Positions 16,750 to 26,627 of a stretch of DNA of 53,809 bases are shown here, one piece after another. The DNA lies in contig CAIXZC010000445.1 of assembly GCA_903923815.1 (NCBI GenBank), positions 1 to 53,809 on the forward strand, given 5' to 3'. The first letter of the stretch is position 1, and each line of letters starts with the position of its first letter. The DNA comes from an uncultured Myxococcales bacterium (GTDB taxonomy: Bacteria > Myxococcota_A > UBA9042 > CAIXZC01). The notes under the pieces were generated by a model, which was given only the letters and a program-made list of their open reading frames with translations, searched no databases and was not told where the DNA came from. The position numbers and the translations under genes are program-made.

Positions 16750-17976
16750 ATGCCCGTTTACCGCTACAAAGGCGTCAGCAACAAGGGGAAGGCCGTCAGC
16801 GGTCTGCTGGATGCGGACAACGTCAAGTCCCTCAAGGAGACCTTGCGGCAGCAGGGCGTTTTCCTCTCTGAGTACAAGCAGGACAAGGCCGAATCCCTGG
16901 CCTCCGAGGGCACGCGTCGGGGCTTCAAGATCTTCGCCGGGCGGGTGAACCCCCGGGAGGTCTCCGAGGTGACGCGGCAGATGGCCGTGCTGCTGCGGGC
17001 CTCCATTCCCGCCGTGGACACCCTGGCGGCGGTGGCCCGACAGGTGGAGAACCAGAACCTCCAGCGGGTGCTCAACGAGGTGCGCCGCGCTGTGACCGAA
17101 GGCGCCTCCATGGCCGCGGCCATGAGCCAGCACCCCAAGGTCTTCTCGGACCTGTACGTCAATATGGTGCGCGCGGGCGAGAGCTCGGGCACCCTGGACC
17201 TGGTGTTCGAGCGGCTGGCGGACTTCATGGAGAACCAGGTGGCCCTCAAGTCCAAGCTGACGGGCACCATGACCTACCCCCTCATCATGATCACCCTGGG
17301 CATCGGCATCGTGTCCCTGCTCATGGTGTTCGTGATTCCGCGAATGACCGCCGTGTTCTCCGAGATGGGGGCCCAGCTGCCCTTCGCCACGCGCGTGCTG
17401 ATCAACGTCTCCGACTTCATGCGGACCTACTGGTGGCTGGTGTTGGCGGGGGGCGTGGGGGGCGTGCTGCTGTTCAACCGCTGGAAGAACGGCACGGGCA
17501 AGCGGACCTGGCACACCTTCCTGCTGCGGGCGCCGGTGTTCGGCAGCCTGGTGCAGATGGTGGCCGTGGCGCGCTTCGCCAAGACCCTGGGGACGCTGCT
17601 GTCCAGTGGCGTGCCCATCATCGCGGCCCTGGGCATCGTGCGGCACGTGCTGGGGAACGTGATCCTGGACGAGCAGGTGGCCAATGCCATGGAGGCCGTC
17701 AAGGAGGGCTCGTCCCTGGCCGAGCCGCTGCGCAAGTCCGGGGGCTTTCCGCCCATGGTGACCCACATGATCAGCGTGGGCGAGGAGAGCGGCGAGTTGG
17801 AACAGATGTTGGAGAACGTGTCCCGGGCCTATGAGGTGCAGGTGAACGCCAAGATCACGGTGCTCACGGCCCTCCTGGAGCCCATCATGATTGTCCTCAT
17901 GGGTGTGGTCATCGGCTTCATCGTGTTCGCGGTGCTCATGCCCATGCTGCAGATGAACGAAGTGCTGACCAAGTGA
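16750..17976 (+). CDS. gspF: type II secretion system inner-membrane platform protein
   Basis: About 408 aa with the duplicated GspF/PilC domain architecture and three TM segments. Positioned after gspE. Confidence 0.9.
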   Translation: MPVYRYKGVSNKGKAVSGLLDADNVKSLKETLRQQGVFLSEYKQDKAESLASEGTRRGFKIFAGRVNPREVSEVTRQMAVLLRASIPAVDTLAAVARQVENQNLQRVLNEVRRAVTEGASMAAAMSQHPKVFSDLYVNMVRAGESSGTLDLVFERLADFMENQVALKSKLTGTMTYPLIMITLGIGIVSLLMVFVIPRMTAVFSEMGAQLPFATRVLINVSDFMRTYWWLVLAGGVGGVLLFNRWKNGTGKRTWHTFLLRAPVFGSLVQMVAVARFAKTLGTLLSSGVPIIAALGIVRHVLGNVILDEQVANAMEAVKEGSSLAEPLRKSGGFPPMVTHMISVGEESGELEQMLENVSRAYEVQVNAKITVLTALLEPIMIVLMGVVIGFIVFAVLMPMLQMNEVLTK

Positions 17977-17999
17977 CGAAACGGATGGAGGTGCGCCAA

Positions 18000-18434
18000 A
18001 TGGATACCAGAAGAGAGATGCTCAAGGCGGCGGCGGCGAGGGGCCAGGGGGGCATGACCCTCATTGAGATCATGGTGGTCATCGCCATCATCGGCATCGT
18101 GGCCAGCGCCGTGGGTTACGGCGTGACCCGCTACTTCGGCCAGGCGCGAATCGACGCCTGCAAGGCCCAGTTGGACAACATCTCCAATCACCTGGAGATG
18201 TACCTCTACGAGAAGGGCGAGTACCCCACGTCCCTCAGCGAGCTGACCAAGACCGAGAAGGGCAAGGGCAAGGCCATCCTCAAGCGAAGCCAGCTCAAGG
18301 ACCCCTGGAAGCAGAAGCTGGACTACAGCGCCGAGGGCGAGGCCTTCAAGCTGTGCTCGGGTGGTCCCGACAAGCGCCTGGGCGGGGATGACGACATCTG
18401 CTACGGCGCGGACGAGCCCGGCGACGAGGAGTGA
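18000..18434 (+). CDS. gspG: type II secretion major pseudopilin
   Basis: Prepilin-type motif GQGG|MTLIEIMVVIAIIGIVA with Glu at +5. GGAGGTG lies 7 nt upstream of the ATG at 18000. The GTG at 17973 is an alternative start. Confidence 0.88.
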   Translation: MDTRREMLKAAAARGQGGMTLIEIMVVIAIIGIVASAVGYGVTRYFGQARIDACKAQLDNISNHLEMYLYEKGEYPTSLSELTKTEKGKGKAILKRSQLKDPWKQKLDYSAEGEAFKLCSGGPDKRLGGDDDICYGADEPGDEE

Positions 18435-18437
18435 CCT

Positions 18438-19073
18438 GTGCATGCATCGGGCACCAGAGCAGGCCTTGGGCACCGGCCCCTGCTGTCCCTTCGGGCGGCG
18501 GGAAGGGGGCGGGGCTTCACCCTGATCGAGGTGCTGTTCACCCTGCTGCTGGTCTCCGTGGTGCTGGCCGCCGTGGGGGTAAGCGTGGGGGGGCTTTTCG
18601 GGGCCCGTCTGTTGAACGCCACCAGCCGCATGTCGGCCTACATCAGATATTCCTATGACCAGGCGGCCCTCACGGGGAAACCTCACAGACTGATGATGGA
18701 CCTGGGGGCCGGCACCTTCTGGATTGAGACCATCGAGGACGTGGACGACTGCAAGGCGCGGCTGGAGGACATCCAGGCCGGCGGCAAGGGTGAGCCCAAG
18801 GAGGTCCGGGGGCAGGTCCACGAGGACATGATCGTGCGCCGGGGGGAACTGCCCGAGGGCGTAACCTTCGATGGGCTGTTGGCCCTGCATCTGAGGGAGA
18901 AGAACACGGAAGGGGAGGACGGCGTGCTGTTCTTCCCGGATGGGACGGCCGAGCACGCCTTCGTGTACCTGGCCTCCGATGACGAGGTCTTCACGCTGGA
19001 GGTGTCGCCCATTCAGGGGCGGGGCATCCTGCACCGTGAGGAACTGCAAGCAAGGGACTTCGAGAAAGAATGA
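18438..19073 (+). CDS. gspH: type II secretion minor pseudopilin H
   Basis: Prepilin-type motif GRG|FTLIEVLFTLLLVSVV after an unusually long leader. Position after gspG. Confidence 0.7.
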   Translation: MHASGTRAGLGHRPLLSLRAAGRGRGFTLIEVLFTLLLVSVVLAAVGVSVGGLFGARLLNATSRMSAYIRYSYDQAALTGKPHRLMMDLGAGTFWIETIEDVDDCKARLEDIQAGGKGEPKEVRGQVHEDMIVRRGELPEGVTFDGLLALHLREKNTEGEDGVLFFPDGTAEHAFVYLASDDEVFTLEVSPIQGRGILHREELQARDFEKE

Positions 19074-19897
19074 AGTGGGCCATGAACCAGCGCCGGCAGC
19101 AGGGCTTCTCCTTGATGGAGGTCATGATGGCCATGTCCGTCATGGCGGTGGCCTTGACTGCCATCAGCACGGCCCAGCACAGCTCCATGCGCAGCGGGGC
19201 GCTGGTCTACCGCGGCGAGCAGGCGGCCCTGATGATGCGGGGCGTGGTGCTGGACATTGAACAGGAGTACGTGGCCGACGGCTTCCCCGAGAACAGCGTC
19301 ACGGACCGGGAGTGCGACCTGGCGGACGAGTACAAGGACGACTTCGAGTGCAACTACGACCTGGAGCGCATGAACCTGGACCTGACCCAGATGAGCTCCA
19401 TCGTGGATCAAAGCTTCGGCGGCCTCCTGGGTGAAGGCGGCCTGGGCAGCCTGGAGGGTGGCGGCGGCGATATGTCGGGCACCATGCAGAACCTGATGGG
19501 CGGCAGCAGCCCTCTGGCGGGGCAGGTGGACATGTCCAAGCTGGCGTTCCTCATGCCCCTGATGGGCGCCGAGGGCCCTGCCATCATGGACCTGTGCGGC
19601 ATCAACCTGTCGGGCATCATGATGGGCTTCATGGGCATGCAGGCCATCGCGCCGCGCATCATGGAGGAGGTGGGCAACCGCACCCGCAAGCTGACCGTGC
19701 GGATCACCTGGGACGACGGGCCCGTGAAGGGGCAGGAGTTCAGCATCACCACGTTCATCAGCGCGCTGCCCGAGGAGGAACTCAAGAAGCTCAAGGAAAT
19801 TGAAGACACCATGGGCGCCGTCAATCAGGTGGCCCCGGGGCTGCTGCCGGGCGGTGGCGGGACCGAACCCAACCAGGGGACGGAGGAGGGCCGATGA
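19070..19897 (+). CDS. gspI: type II secretion minor pseudopilin I (enlarged)
   Basis: Prepilin-type motif QQG|FSLMEVMMAMSVMAV. ATGA overlap. At 275 aa it is larger than expected and carries a Gly/Met-rich insertion. Confidence 0.65.
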   Translation: MKWAMNQRRQQGFSLMEVMMAMSVMAVALTAISTAQHSSMRSGALVYRGEQAALMMRGVVLDIEQEYVADGFPENSVTDRECDLADEYKDDFECNYDLERMNLDLTQMSSIVDQSFGGLLGEGGLGSLEGGGGDMSGTMQNLMGGSSPLAGQVDMSKLAFLMPLMGAEGPAIMDLCGINLSGIMMGFMGMQAIAPRIMEEVGNRTRKLTVRITWDDGPVKGQEFSITTFISALPEEELKKLKEIEDTMGAVNQVAPGLLPGGGGTEPNQGTEEGR

Positions 19898-20622
19898 GAA
19901 GGCTGACCTTCGGCTTCACCATGGTGGAGGTGCTGGTGGCGGTGGGGCTGCTGTCCATGCTGTCCTCGATCATCTTCGGCGCCACGTCGGTCATCCTGCG
20001 CTCCCAGCGCATCGTCATGGACTCCCAGGAGCGCTACCACGCCGGGCGGGTGGCCATCATGCGGCTGACGGGGGACCTGTCCCAGGCCTTCCTGTCCAAG
20101 CACGCGGGCCTGCTGGAGCGCAACACCGAGACCCTGTTCCGGGGCGAAGAGGACGAGGTCCTGTTCTGCTACCTGGGGCACAAGCGCATCTTCCCGAAGG
20201 GACCCGAGTCCGATCAGGGCGTGGTGTCCTATTCGCTGGAGCGGGCCAAGAAGGGCGGCGGCAAGAACCTGGTGCGCCGGGAGAAGCCCCACATCGACGA
20301 GCGGGCGGACCGGGGCGGGCGCAACGAGACCCTGGCGGAGAACGTCAAGTCCTTGAAGTTCGAGTATTGGGACAAGGAGCAGGAGGACTGGACCAGCAGT
20401 TGGGAGGCCGTGCTGGAGGACACCGAACAGGTGGCCGTGGACCAGGTGGCCCAGGACCAGGCCCGGGCGGCGGCCAAGCTGCTGACGGGGACGGAGGTGG
20501 AGGACACCTTCGTGCTGCCCCGGCGCATCAAGGTGACCCTGGTGCTGGAGGATGAGGCGGGCAAGGAGTATTCCTTCGTGTCCCAGGTGGAGCTGCGGCT
20601 GACGGAGGCCTTCCAATGGTAA
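19894..20622 (+). CDS. gspJ: type II secretion minor pseudopilin J
   Basis: Prepilin-type motif TFG|FTMVEVLVAVGLL. ATGA overlap. Size and position are typical of GspJ. Confidence 0.75.
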   Translation: MRRLTFGFTMVEVLVAVGLLSMLSSIIFGATSVILRSQRIVMDSQERYHAGRVAIMRLTGDLSQAFLSKHAGLLERNTETLFRGEEDEVLFCYLGHKRIFPKGPESDQGVVSYSLERAKKGGGKNLVRREKPHIDERADRGGRNETLAENVKSLKFEYWDKEQEDWTSSWEAVLEDTEQVAVDQVAQDQARAAAKLLTGTEVEDTFVLPRRIKVTLVLEDEAGKEYSFVSQVELRLTEAFQW

Positions 20623-21857
20623 GACGCCTCCTAAACTGGCTGCTGCGCAGACCTGACCGGGCCCGGGGCCTCAGCGAACCCCAGGCCGGCGTGGCCATGC
20701 TGATCGTGCTGCTGGCGGTGGTGTTCCTGGCAGCCTCCGTGGCGGAGTTCTCGTTCAATACGCGGGTGAACCTGCGCATGACCGGCAACGTGCAGAAGGA
20801 GGTCAAGGCCTACTTCAACGCGCGCTCCGGCATCATGGTGTCGCTGTTCGCCCTGCAGGCCAAGGAGATCGTGGACAAGATCGTGGGCATGTATGCCTCC
20901 TTCCTGGGGGGCGGCGGGGGCACGGCCATCGCGGACCAGATCGAGATCTGGCGGGCCATCGAGCCCCTGTGCAACAGCTTCTCCAGCGGCAAGCTCAGCA
21001 TGCTGGGCGTGGACCTGCTGGACCTGGAGGGCGTGGAGGGCATAGGCCTGGCCAAGGGCGACTCCTTCGGCTGCAAGGTGGAGCTGGAGGACGGCAAGGT
21101 GAACCTGAACAGGGTGGGCACCTACCAGGACAAGCAGACCCTGAACCTGGAGCTGCGGGGCCTGTTCATGCAGCACATCCACGGCCAGCTCTTCGACGAG
21201 GACGAGCGGCTGATTGACGAGCTCATCGGCAACATCATCGACTGGGCCGACCCCGACACCACCCAGAGCCAGTTCCAGGAGGGCGCCCTGGTGGAGGCGG
21301 CGGCGGGCGGCGGCGAGAAGGACCCCTACGGCGAGTTCGACTACAAGATCAAGAACGCCAAGTACGACTCCATCGAGGAGCTGCGGCTGGTGGACAAGGT
21401 GACGGACGGCGTCTACTGCCTGCTGCGGGACCGCATCACGGTCTACAACACCGAGAAGCTGAACGTGAACTCGGCGGACCTGGAGACGGTCAAGGGGCTG
21501 GTGTGCGCCCACATGTTGGACGGCGGGCGGCTGGTCTGCAATCCCCAGCTTCGGGCGGCCGGAGTGCCCACGCCGATTGACGTGGTGGGGGGCTACTTCC
21601 AGATCTGCCGGGACATCAAGAACAACCTCTTCACGCCTCCCTTCACCAGCCCCGCTGCGGTGGTGAAGTTCTTTCAGAAGCTGGCCGTCTTCACCGGCGA
21701 GACCCTGCCCCTGGACACCGCGGCCCTGCAGGCCAAGGTGGGGGTGAAGGGCAAGGTCTGGAGGATCTCGGCGGAGGGCAAGTCGGGGAACGTGACGAAG
21801 ACCATTACGACGGTGGTGGATACCTCCACCGGCCGTCTTGTGTATTGGAGGGAATGA
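20616..21857 (+). CDS. gspK: type II secretion minor pseudopilin K
   Basis: Hydrophobic N-terminus GVAMLIVLLAVVFLAASV without Glu+5. Internal helix-hairpin-helix-like LNVNSADLETVKGL as in GspK. 7-nt overlap with gspJ. Confidence 0.75.
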   Translation: MVRRLLNWLLRRPDRARGLSEPQAGVAMLIVLLAVVFLAASVAEFSFNTRVNLRMTGNVQKEVKAYFNARSGIMVSLFALQAKEIVDKIVGMYASFLGGGGGTAIADQIEIWRAIEPLCNSFSSGKLSMLGVDLLDLEGVEGIGLAKGDSFGCKVELEDGKVNLNRVGTYQDKQTLNLELRGLFMQHIHGQLFDEDERLIDELIGNIIDWADPDTTQSQFQEGALVEAAAGGGEKDPYGEFDYKIKNAKYDSIEELRLVDKVTDGVYCLLRDRITVYNTEKLNVNSADLETVKGLVCAHMLDGGRLVCNPQLRAAGVPTPIDVVGGYFQICRDIKNNLFTPPFTSPAAVVKFFQKLAVFTGETLPLDTAALQAKVGVKGKVWRISAEGKSGNVTKTITTVVDTSTGRLVYWRE

Positions 21858-21862
21858 CCCCC

Positions 21863-24088
21863 ATGGCGCAGAAACGACAGATTGTGGATGCGGGTTCCTG
21901 GTCCTTGAAGGTCCTGGGCATGAGCCGGGCCTTCATTGGCGTGTCCTTTGACGAGGCCAGCGAGCACCCCCTGGAGGGGCGGCTGGAGGGGAAGGGCAGG
22001 GAGCGGGAGACCCAGCGCATCTTGAAGGAAGTCTTTGGCAAGAAGCTGGCGGGGGACGCCGTGACCGTGGGCGTGCCCGCGGAGAAGGTGATGCACCGGC
22101 GCCTCACCGTGCCCTTCGCCCAGCGAGGCAAGATTGACGGGGTGCTGCCCTTCGAGATGGAGCAGAGCCTGCCCTTCTCGGCGGAGGAGATCACCGCCGA
22201 CTACCTGATGCGGCGGCTGAAGGGCGGGGGCTCGGAGCTGACCGTGTCCGTGCTGCCCCTGCCGGTGGTGGACGAACTGCTGGCCACCCTGGCCCTGGCC
22301 AAGCTGGACCCCCGCTCCCTGCCCGACCCCACGGTGGCGGCCCTGGCCCTGGAGCCCCTGCTGCGTGGCGAGGGGGACGACGATGCCTTCCTGCTGGTGG
22401 ACCTGGGGCACATCAAGACCCAGGCCTCCCTGGTGCACCGTGGGCGGCTGCTGGCCAACCGCACCATCATGCGGGGCGGCGCCATGCTGACCCGGGCCCT
22501 GGCGGAGCACTTCTCCGTCAGCCTGGAGGAGGCCGAGCGGCGCAAGCACAGCGCCAAGCTATACCCCGCGGGGGAGAAGGGCGAGGCCAAGGGCAAGGAG
22601 CACGAAGAGTCGGTGCTGCTGCGGGAGGGCCTGGAGCCCCTGGCGCGGGACCTGCAGACCATGATGCACGAGGCGGACTCGCCGGTGCCCATCTCCATGA
22701 AGATCTTTGGTGGCGGGGCCAAGCTGGCCGGGGCGGAGGAGTTCTTCCGGTCGCGGCTGGGGCTGCGCTGCGAGGTGCTGGAGCCCACGGGGCTGCACCT
22801 GGCGGTGCCCCACGGTCTGGAGGATCCCACCTGGGTGCCGGGCCTGGCCCTGGGGCTGTCGGCCTCGGGGAAGGGATCGTTGCAGGTCAACCTGCGGCGG
22901 CTGCGGCACGGCTACATCGGGGACTTCAGGCACCTCCAGGGGCGGCTGGCCTATCTGGGCGTGTTGGGGGTGCTGATGGCGGTGGCCTTCGTTACGCCCT
23001 CTTACATTGAATATCAGGGCATGAGCCGGAAGGCGGAGGGGCTGGCCGAGCAGATCAAGGCCCTGTCCGTGCAGGTGCTGGGCGAGGAGATGGAGGACTA
23101 CGACGAGATCATCGATGCCCTCATGGAGGTGCCCAAGCCCGAGGTCTGGGCCATCTACCCGGACATGACGGCCCTGGAGGCCTACTTCGAGCTGGACAAC
23201 ATCGTCACGGGCATTGACGGCAAGCCCGGTGAGGCCCTGCCGCGACCTGCGGCGCCGGAGGAGCCGGCGGCTGTGGGGGCGGAAGGGGCTGAGGGGGCGG
23301 AGGGCGCAGAAGCGGCCCCTGCTGAGGTGCTGACCGCAGGCCCCCGGGGCCTCAAGATGAACAAGCTGGTCATCGACATGACCGGGCGGGGTAAGAACAT
23401 CCCCGGCAAGGTGGAGTTCACCGGGGACGCGGACTCCGTGTCCACCCTGGAGTTCTTTGAGGGCGAGCTGGGGCGCCACCCCTGCTTCCACGGCGTCACC
23501 CGTAGCAGCCAGCAGGTGTTGGCCTCGGACTCCGAGCGCAAGGGCTGGCAGCGCTTCAGCGTGAACCTGGTGGTGAACTGCCCCAAGGGCAGCGAGAAGG
23601 GCGACAAGAAGGGCGACGACAAGGGCGACGACGAGAAGGCCGTCGGGCCCGAGGACAGGAAGGTCGGCGGCGAGGGCGAGGGCAAGGTGGAGGGCGCGGA
23701 GAAGCTGCCCGGTGCCGGTCAGCCCGGCGAAGAGGGCAGCCTGGAGCAGCCCGCCGGCGACGACCAGCCGGCCCAGGGCGTCAAGCCCAAGCCCAAGAAG
23801 ATCCGCAAGGCCAAGGCCGAGCCCCCCGCTGCAGTTGAGGGTGAGGCCGAGGAACCCTCGGCGGAGCCTGGCCTGGAGCGCCCGACCACTGGCGCGGCGC
23901 CCACCACGGGCAGCCTGCTGGAGGCCATGAAGGGCCGCATCCCCAGGATGGAGACCCCCTTCAGCAGCAAGCGTCGGGTGGCCCCCCTGGATGGGCCTGC
24001 GATGGACCCCCAGCGGAGCCCGGGGCTGGCACCTGGAACTCAGCGGGTCAGGGGGCTCAACCCCCCGGCCCCCACCGAAGACCGATAG
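21863..24088 (+). CDS. gspL: type II secretion system protein L-like (actin-like cytoplasmic domain, one TM, long low-complexity tail)
   Basis: Position between gspK and gspM. PilM/GspL-like N-terminal domain. TM segment LAYLGVLGVLMAVAFV at about residue 370. C-terminal Lys/Glu/Gly/Pro/Ala-rich region of about 190 aa. The start may be the ATG at 21854 (ATGA overlap) or at 21863. Confidence 0.6.
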   Translation: MAQKRQIVDAGSWSLKVLGMSRAFIGVSFDEASEHPLEGRLEGKGRERETQRILKEVFGKKLAGDAVTVGVPAEKVMHRRLTVPFAQRGKIDGVLPFEMEQSLPFSAEEITADYLMRRLKGGGSELTVSVLPLPVVDELLATLALAKLDPRSLPDPTVAALALEPLLRGEGDDDAFLLVDLGHIKTQASLVHRGRLLANRTIMRGGAMLTRALAEHFSVSLEEAERRKHSAKLYPAGEKGEAKGKEHEESVLLREGLEPLARDLQTMMHEADSPVPISMKIFGGGAKLAGAEEFFRSRLGLRCEVLEPTGLHLAVPHGLEDPTWVPGLALGLSASGKGSLQVNLRRLRHGYIGDFRHLQGRLAYLGVLGVLMAVAFVTPSYIEYQGMSRKAEGLAEQIKALSVQVLGEEMEDYDEIIDALMEVPKPEVWAIYPDMTALEAYFELDNIVTGIDGKPGEALPRPAAPEEPAAVGAEGAEGAEGAEAAPAEVLTAGPRGLKMNKLVIDMTGRGKNIPGKVEFTGDADSVSTLEFFEGELGRHPCFHGVTRSSQQVLASDSERKGWQRFSVNLVVNCPKGSEKGDKKGDDKGDDEKAVGPEDRKVGGEGEGKVEGAEKLPGAGQPGEEGSLEQPAGDDQPAQGVKPKPKKIRKAKAEPPAAVEGEAEEPSAEPGLERPTTGAAPTTGSLLEAMKGRIPRMETPFSSKRRVAPLDGPAMDPQRSPGLAPGTQRVRGLNPPAPTEDR

Positions 24089-24098
24089 GAGGTACACC

Positions 24099-24755
24099 AT
24101 GGCCGGCATGGGATTGCTAGGAAGACTCGGGTACAGGGAAAAACGGCTGGTGGCCGGGCTCTTTGGCGTGGTGCTGGTGGTGCTGGTGCTGGGGACCTGG
24201 CTGTGGCTGGAGACCCGGACGGCGGCCCTGGCGGAGGAGTATGACGACGGCGTGGAGACCCTGGAGCAGCTTCGCGCTGAGGCCAGGAACTACCTGCAGT
24301 CGGTGGAGAAGAAGAAGGCCCTGGAGGAGATCGTCCGCAAGAACGACCCGCGCATCCAGACGGCCATCGACGCCATCGCCCGGAAGGTTGACGTGCGCAT
24401 CATCCGGACCGAGTCCGAGGAGCGCAGCACCTTTGACAAGCAGGTGCGCTATGAGGCCAAGACCTCCAAACGGCAGGTCTCCTTCGGCGAGGCCAAGGAG
24501 GAGGGTGAGCGCAAGAAGAAGGTGGGCGCCGGGGGCATTGTGGAGTTGACCCAGCCCATGGAGTTCGGCTTCGTGGAGTTTGGCGGCTTGCTGGAGTTCC
24601 TGAACTCGGTGGAGGCCCCGGGACGGCTGATGTACGTGTCCTCCCTGGAGGTGAACCTGAAGTTCGGCAGCGAGGACTTCGTGCGGGGCAAGACCTCCGT
24701 GTCGACCTTCATCTATGAGGGCGCCCCGGAGGGCCAGGAGGAAGAGTCCAAATGA
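24099..24755 (+). CDS. gspM: type II secretion system protein M-like
   Basis: TAGGAGG RBS before the ATG at 24099. Short cytoplasmic N-terminus, a single TM (LVAGLFGVVLVVLVLGTWLWL) and a periplasmic domain of about 170 aa. Position after gspL. Confidence 0.55.
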   Translation: MAGMGLLGRLGYREKRLVAGLFGVVLVVLVLGTWLWLETRTAALAEEYDDGVETLEQLRAEARNYLQSVEKKKALEEIVRKNDPRIQTAIDAIARKVDVRIIRTESEERSTFDKQVRYEAKTSKRQVSFGEAKEEGERKKKVGAGGIVELTQPMEFGFVEFGGLLEFLNSVEAPGRLMYVSSLEVNLKFGSEDFVRGKTSVSTFIYEGAPEGQEEESK

Positions 24756-26605
24756 TCAGGAAACTGCTGGGCATCGTGGCCTCCGTCGTGCTGTTCCTGG
24801 TGGCGATGGCCTTCTTCTTCTTCCTGCTGTTCCCCTTTGACAGCCTCACCGAGGTCATTGAGGCCAAGGTGGCCCAGACGGGCTTCCTGACGGTGGATAT
24901 CGGCGAGGTGGAGCGGGACTCGGTGGGGTCGGTGTCCTTCACGGACATCAAGATCGACCTGTCCATGGCCAAGCTGGAGAAGTCCTTCTTCCCCGGTGGC
25001 GACAAGGGCCCGGGCGCAGCCAAGCTGGCGGGCGCCAAGGGTGACGTTGGGGGAGACGAGGGGGACGAGGGGGAGGCCTCGGAGGAGGGCGGCACCGCGG
25101 GTGAGGCCGCCGGGACCCCGGGGACGGAGCCTGCATCCGATAGCGACGAAGGCCAGGCCCCCAAGGCCGGCAGCCTGTTCATTGATCGCTTCACCGTGCA
25201 ATTCGGGCTGCTGGATCTGCTGACGCCGAATGCCTTCAAGATTGGCCTGGACCTGGAGCTGCTGGGGGGCGAAATCACGGATACGGAGCTGCGCTTTCGG
25301 GCCTCCCGGGGCTACCAGTTTCCCAAGCTGACCGTGGGTGCGGTGCGGGACCTGGACCTGGCCGGGGCGCCTCTGCTGGGCGAGCTGTTCTCGGGGCTCA
25401 TGCCCTCCATGAAGGCGGGCAGCCTGTCGGGCATCTTGGAGACGGCCTCCATCGAGGCGGACCCGGTGTTCGACGAGGTTGCGGAGGGCGAGGAGACCCC
25501 GGAGGAGGGGCCCCTGGTGCACTACTCGGGCGAGATCAAGATGAGGATCAGGGACCTGGTGGCCGTGGCGCCCCGGTTGGTCATGAAGTACCGGCACGCG
25601 GGCCAGGAGGTGCAGTCGGAGGAGTTCCGGCTGTCGGACATGAAGCTGGGTGAGTGCAACTTCGACATCCAGCTTGGCAGCCCCGAGGACTTCAAGAGCC
25701 TGGGCGCCAAGCAGCGCAAGCGGGATGGCACGGTGATCATGTTCGAGCGGGGGGATTGCAGCGGCGACAGCATCGACTACGCCGTGCGCAAGGGCTCCTA
25801 CATCCGGATCCCCGCCGTTGGTGGCTGGGCCTCCGCCAAGCTGGACATCTGGACCAAGCTGGCCTTCTCCTCCGCCTACTTCGAAGAGAAGCTGGAGGAG
25901 GGCGGGGTGGTGGTGTCCCAGAACGACGCGCTGGACAAGGCCATGCGGTTCCAGCAGGGCGGGTTCGCCAAGTCGAGGGACGTGGACGGGTACTACTGGA
26001 TGCACTGCACCGGCTCCATGAGCGCGGCCCGCTGCAAGAGCGGCCTGCCCCCGGAGGAGAAGCGGCGCAAGGACGGCGAAGAGGACCGCAAGCGGCGGGA
26101 GCAGGAGAGCGCTCGGAAGGTGGTGGCGGAGCCCGGGGCCACCAACACCGTGGTGACCTCCCGGCCCACGCCGCCCAACCTGCCCGAGGGGGCCACGTTC
26201 AAGCTGGGCAATCCCTTGAAGGGCAAACCGGGCAAGCCCCGGGGCGGGCTGGTCAGTCCCAGCGCGCCCATGCCCGCGCCCGAGCAGGCGCCCATGGCTG
26301 AGCCGACGGCGCCGGAGGCGGAGGCCACGGTGGTGGACGAGCAGGCCGAGCAGCAGGTTGCTGTTGATCCTGCGGCCGCGGAGGAGGAAGCTCCTGCCGA
26401 GTACGGCACCGTGGGCGAAGAGGCGGCCCCCGCCGAGGGCCTGGAGGGCGAGGTCCCCCAGGAGGGCACGGAGGAGGGCCAGGAGGTCCCCGCCATGGAA
26501 GAGGGCGCCGTCGCCGAAGAGGGGCAGGTCCCCGCTGAGGGCGTGGAGGGCGAGGCCCCCGCCGAGGAATACGCGAACCCCCAGGGGGAAGTCCCCCAGG
26601 AGTAA
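24752..26605 (+). CDS. gspN: type II secretion system protein N-like (enlarged, acidic C-terminal tail)
   Basis: ATGA overlap with gspM. N-terminal TM (IVASVVLFLVAMAFFFFLLFPF). At 617 aa it has internal and C-terminal Glu/Ala/Pro/Gly-rich low-complexity regions. Assignment rests mainly on position and topology. Confidence 0.5.
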   Translation: MIRKLLGIVASVVLFLVAMAFFFFLLFPFDSLTEVIEAKVAQTGFLTVDIGEVERDSVGSVSFTDIKIDLSMAKLEKSFFPGGDKGPGAAKLAGAKGDVGGDEGDEGEASEEGGTAGEAAGTPGTEPASDSDEGQAPKAGSLFIDRFTVQFGLLDLLTPNAFKIGLDLELLGGEITDTELRFRASRGYQFPKLTVGAVRDLDLAGAPLLGELFSGLMPSMKAGSLSGILETASIEADPVFDEVAEGEETPEEGPLVHYSGEIKMRIRDLVAVAPRLVMKYRHAGQEVQSEEFRLSDMKLGECNFDIQLGSPEDFKSLGAKQRKRDGTVIMFERGDCSGDSIDYAVRKGSYIRIPAVGGWASAKLDIWTKLAFSSAYFEEKLEEGGVVVSQNDALDKAMRFQQGGFAKSRDVDGYYWMHCTGSMSAARCKSGLPPEEKRRKDGEEDRKRREQESARKVVAEPGATNTVVTSRPTPPNLPEGATFKLGNPLKGKPGKPRGGLVSPSAPMPAPEQAPMAEPTAPEAEATVVDEQAEQQVAVDPAAAEEEAPAEYGTVGEEAAPAEGLEGEVPQEGTEEGQEVPAMEEGAVAEEGQVPAEGVEGEAPAEEYANPQGEVPQE

Positions 26606-26627
26606 AGCCTTTGATGGAGGGTCGGCC

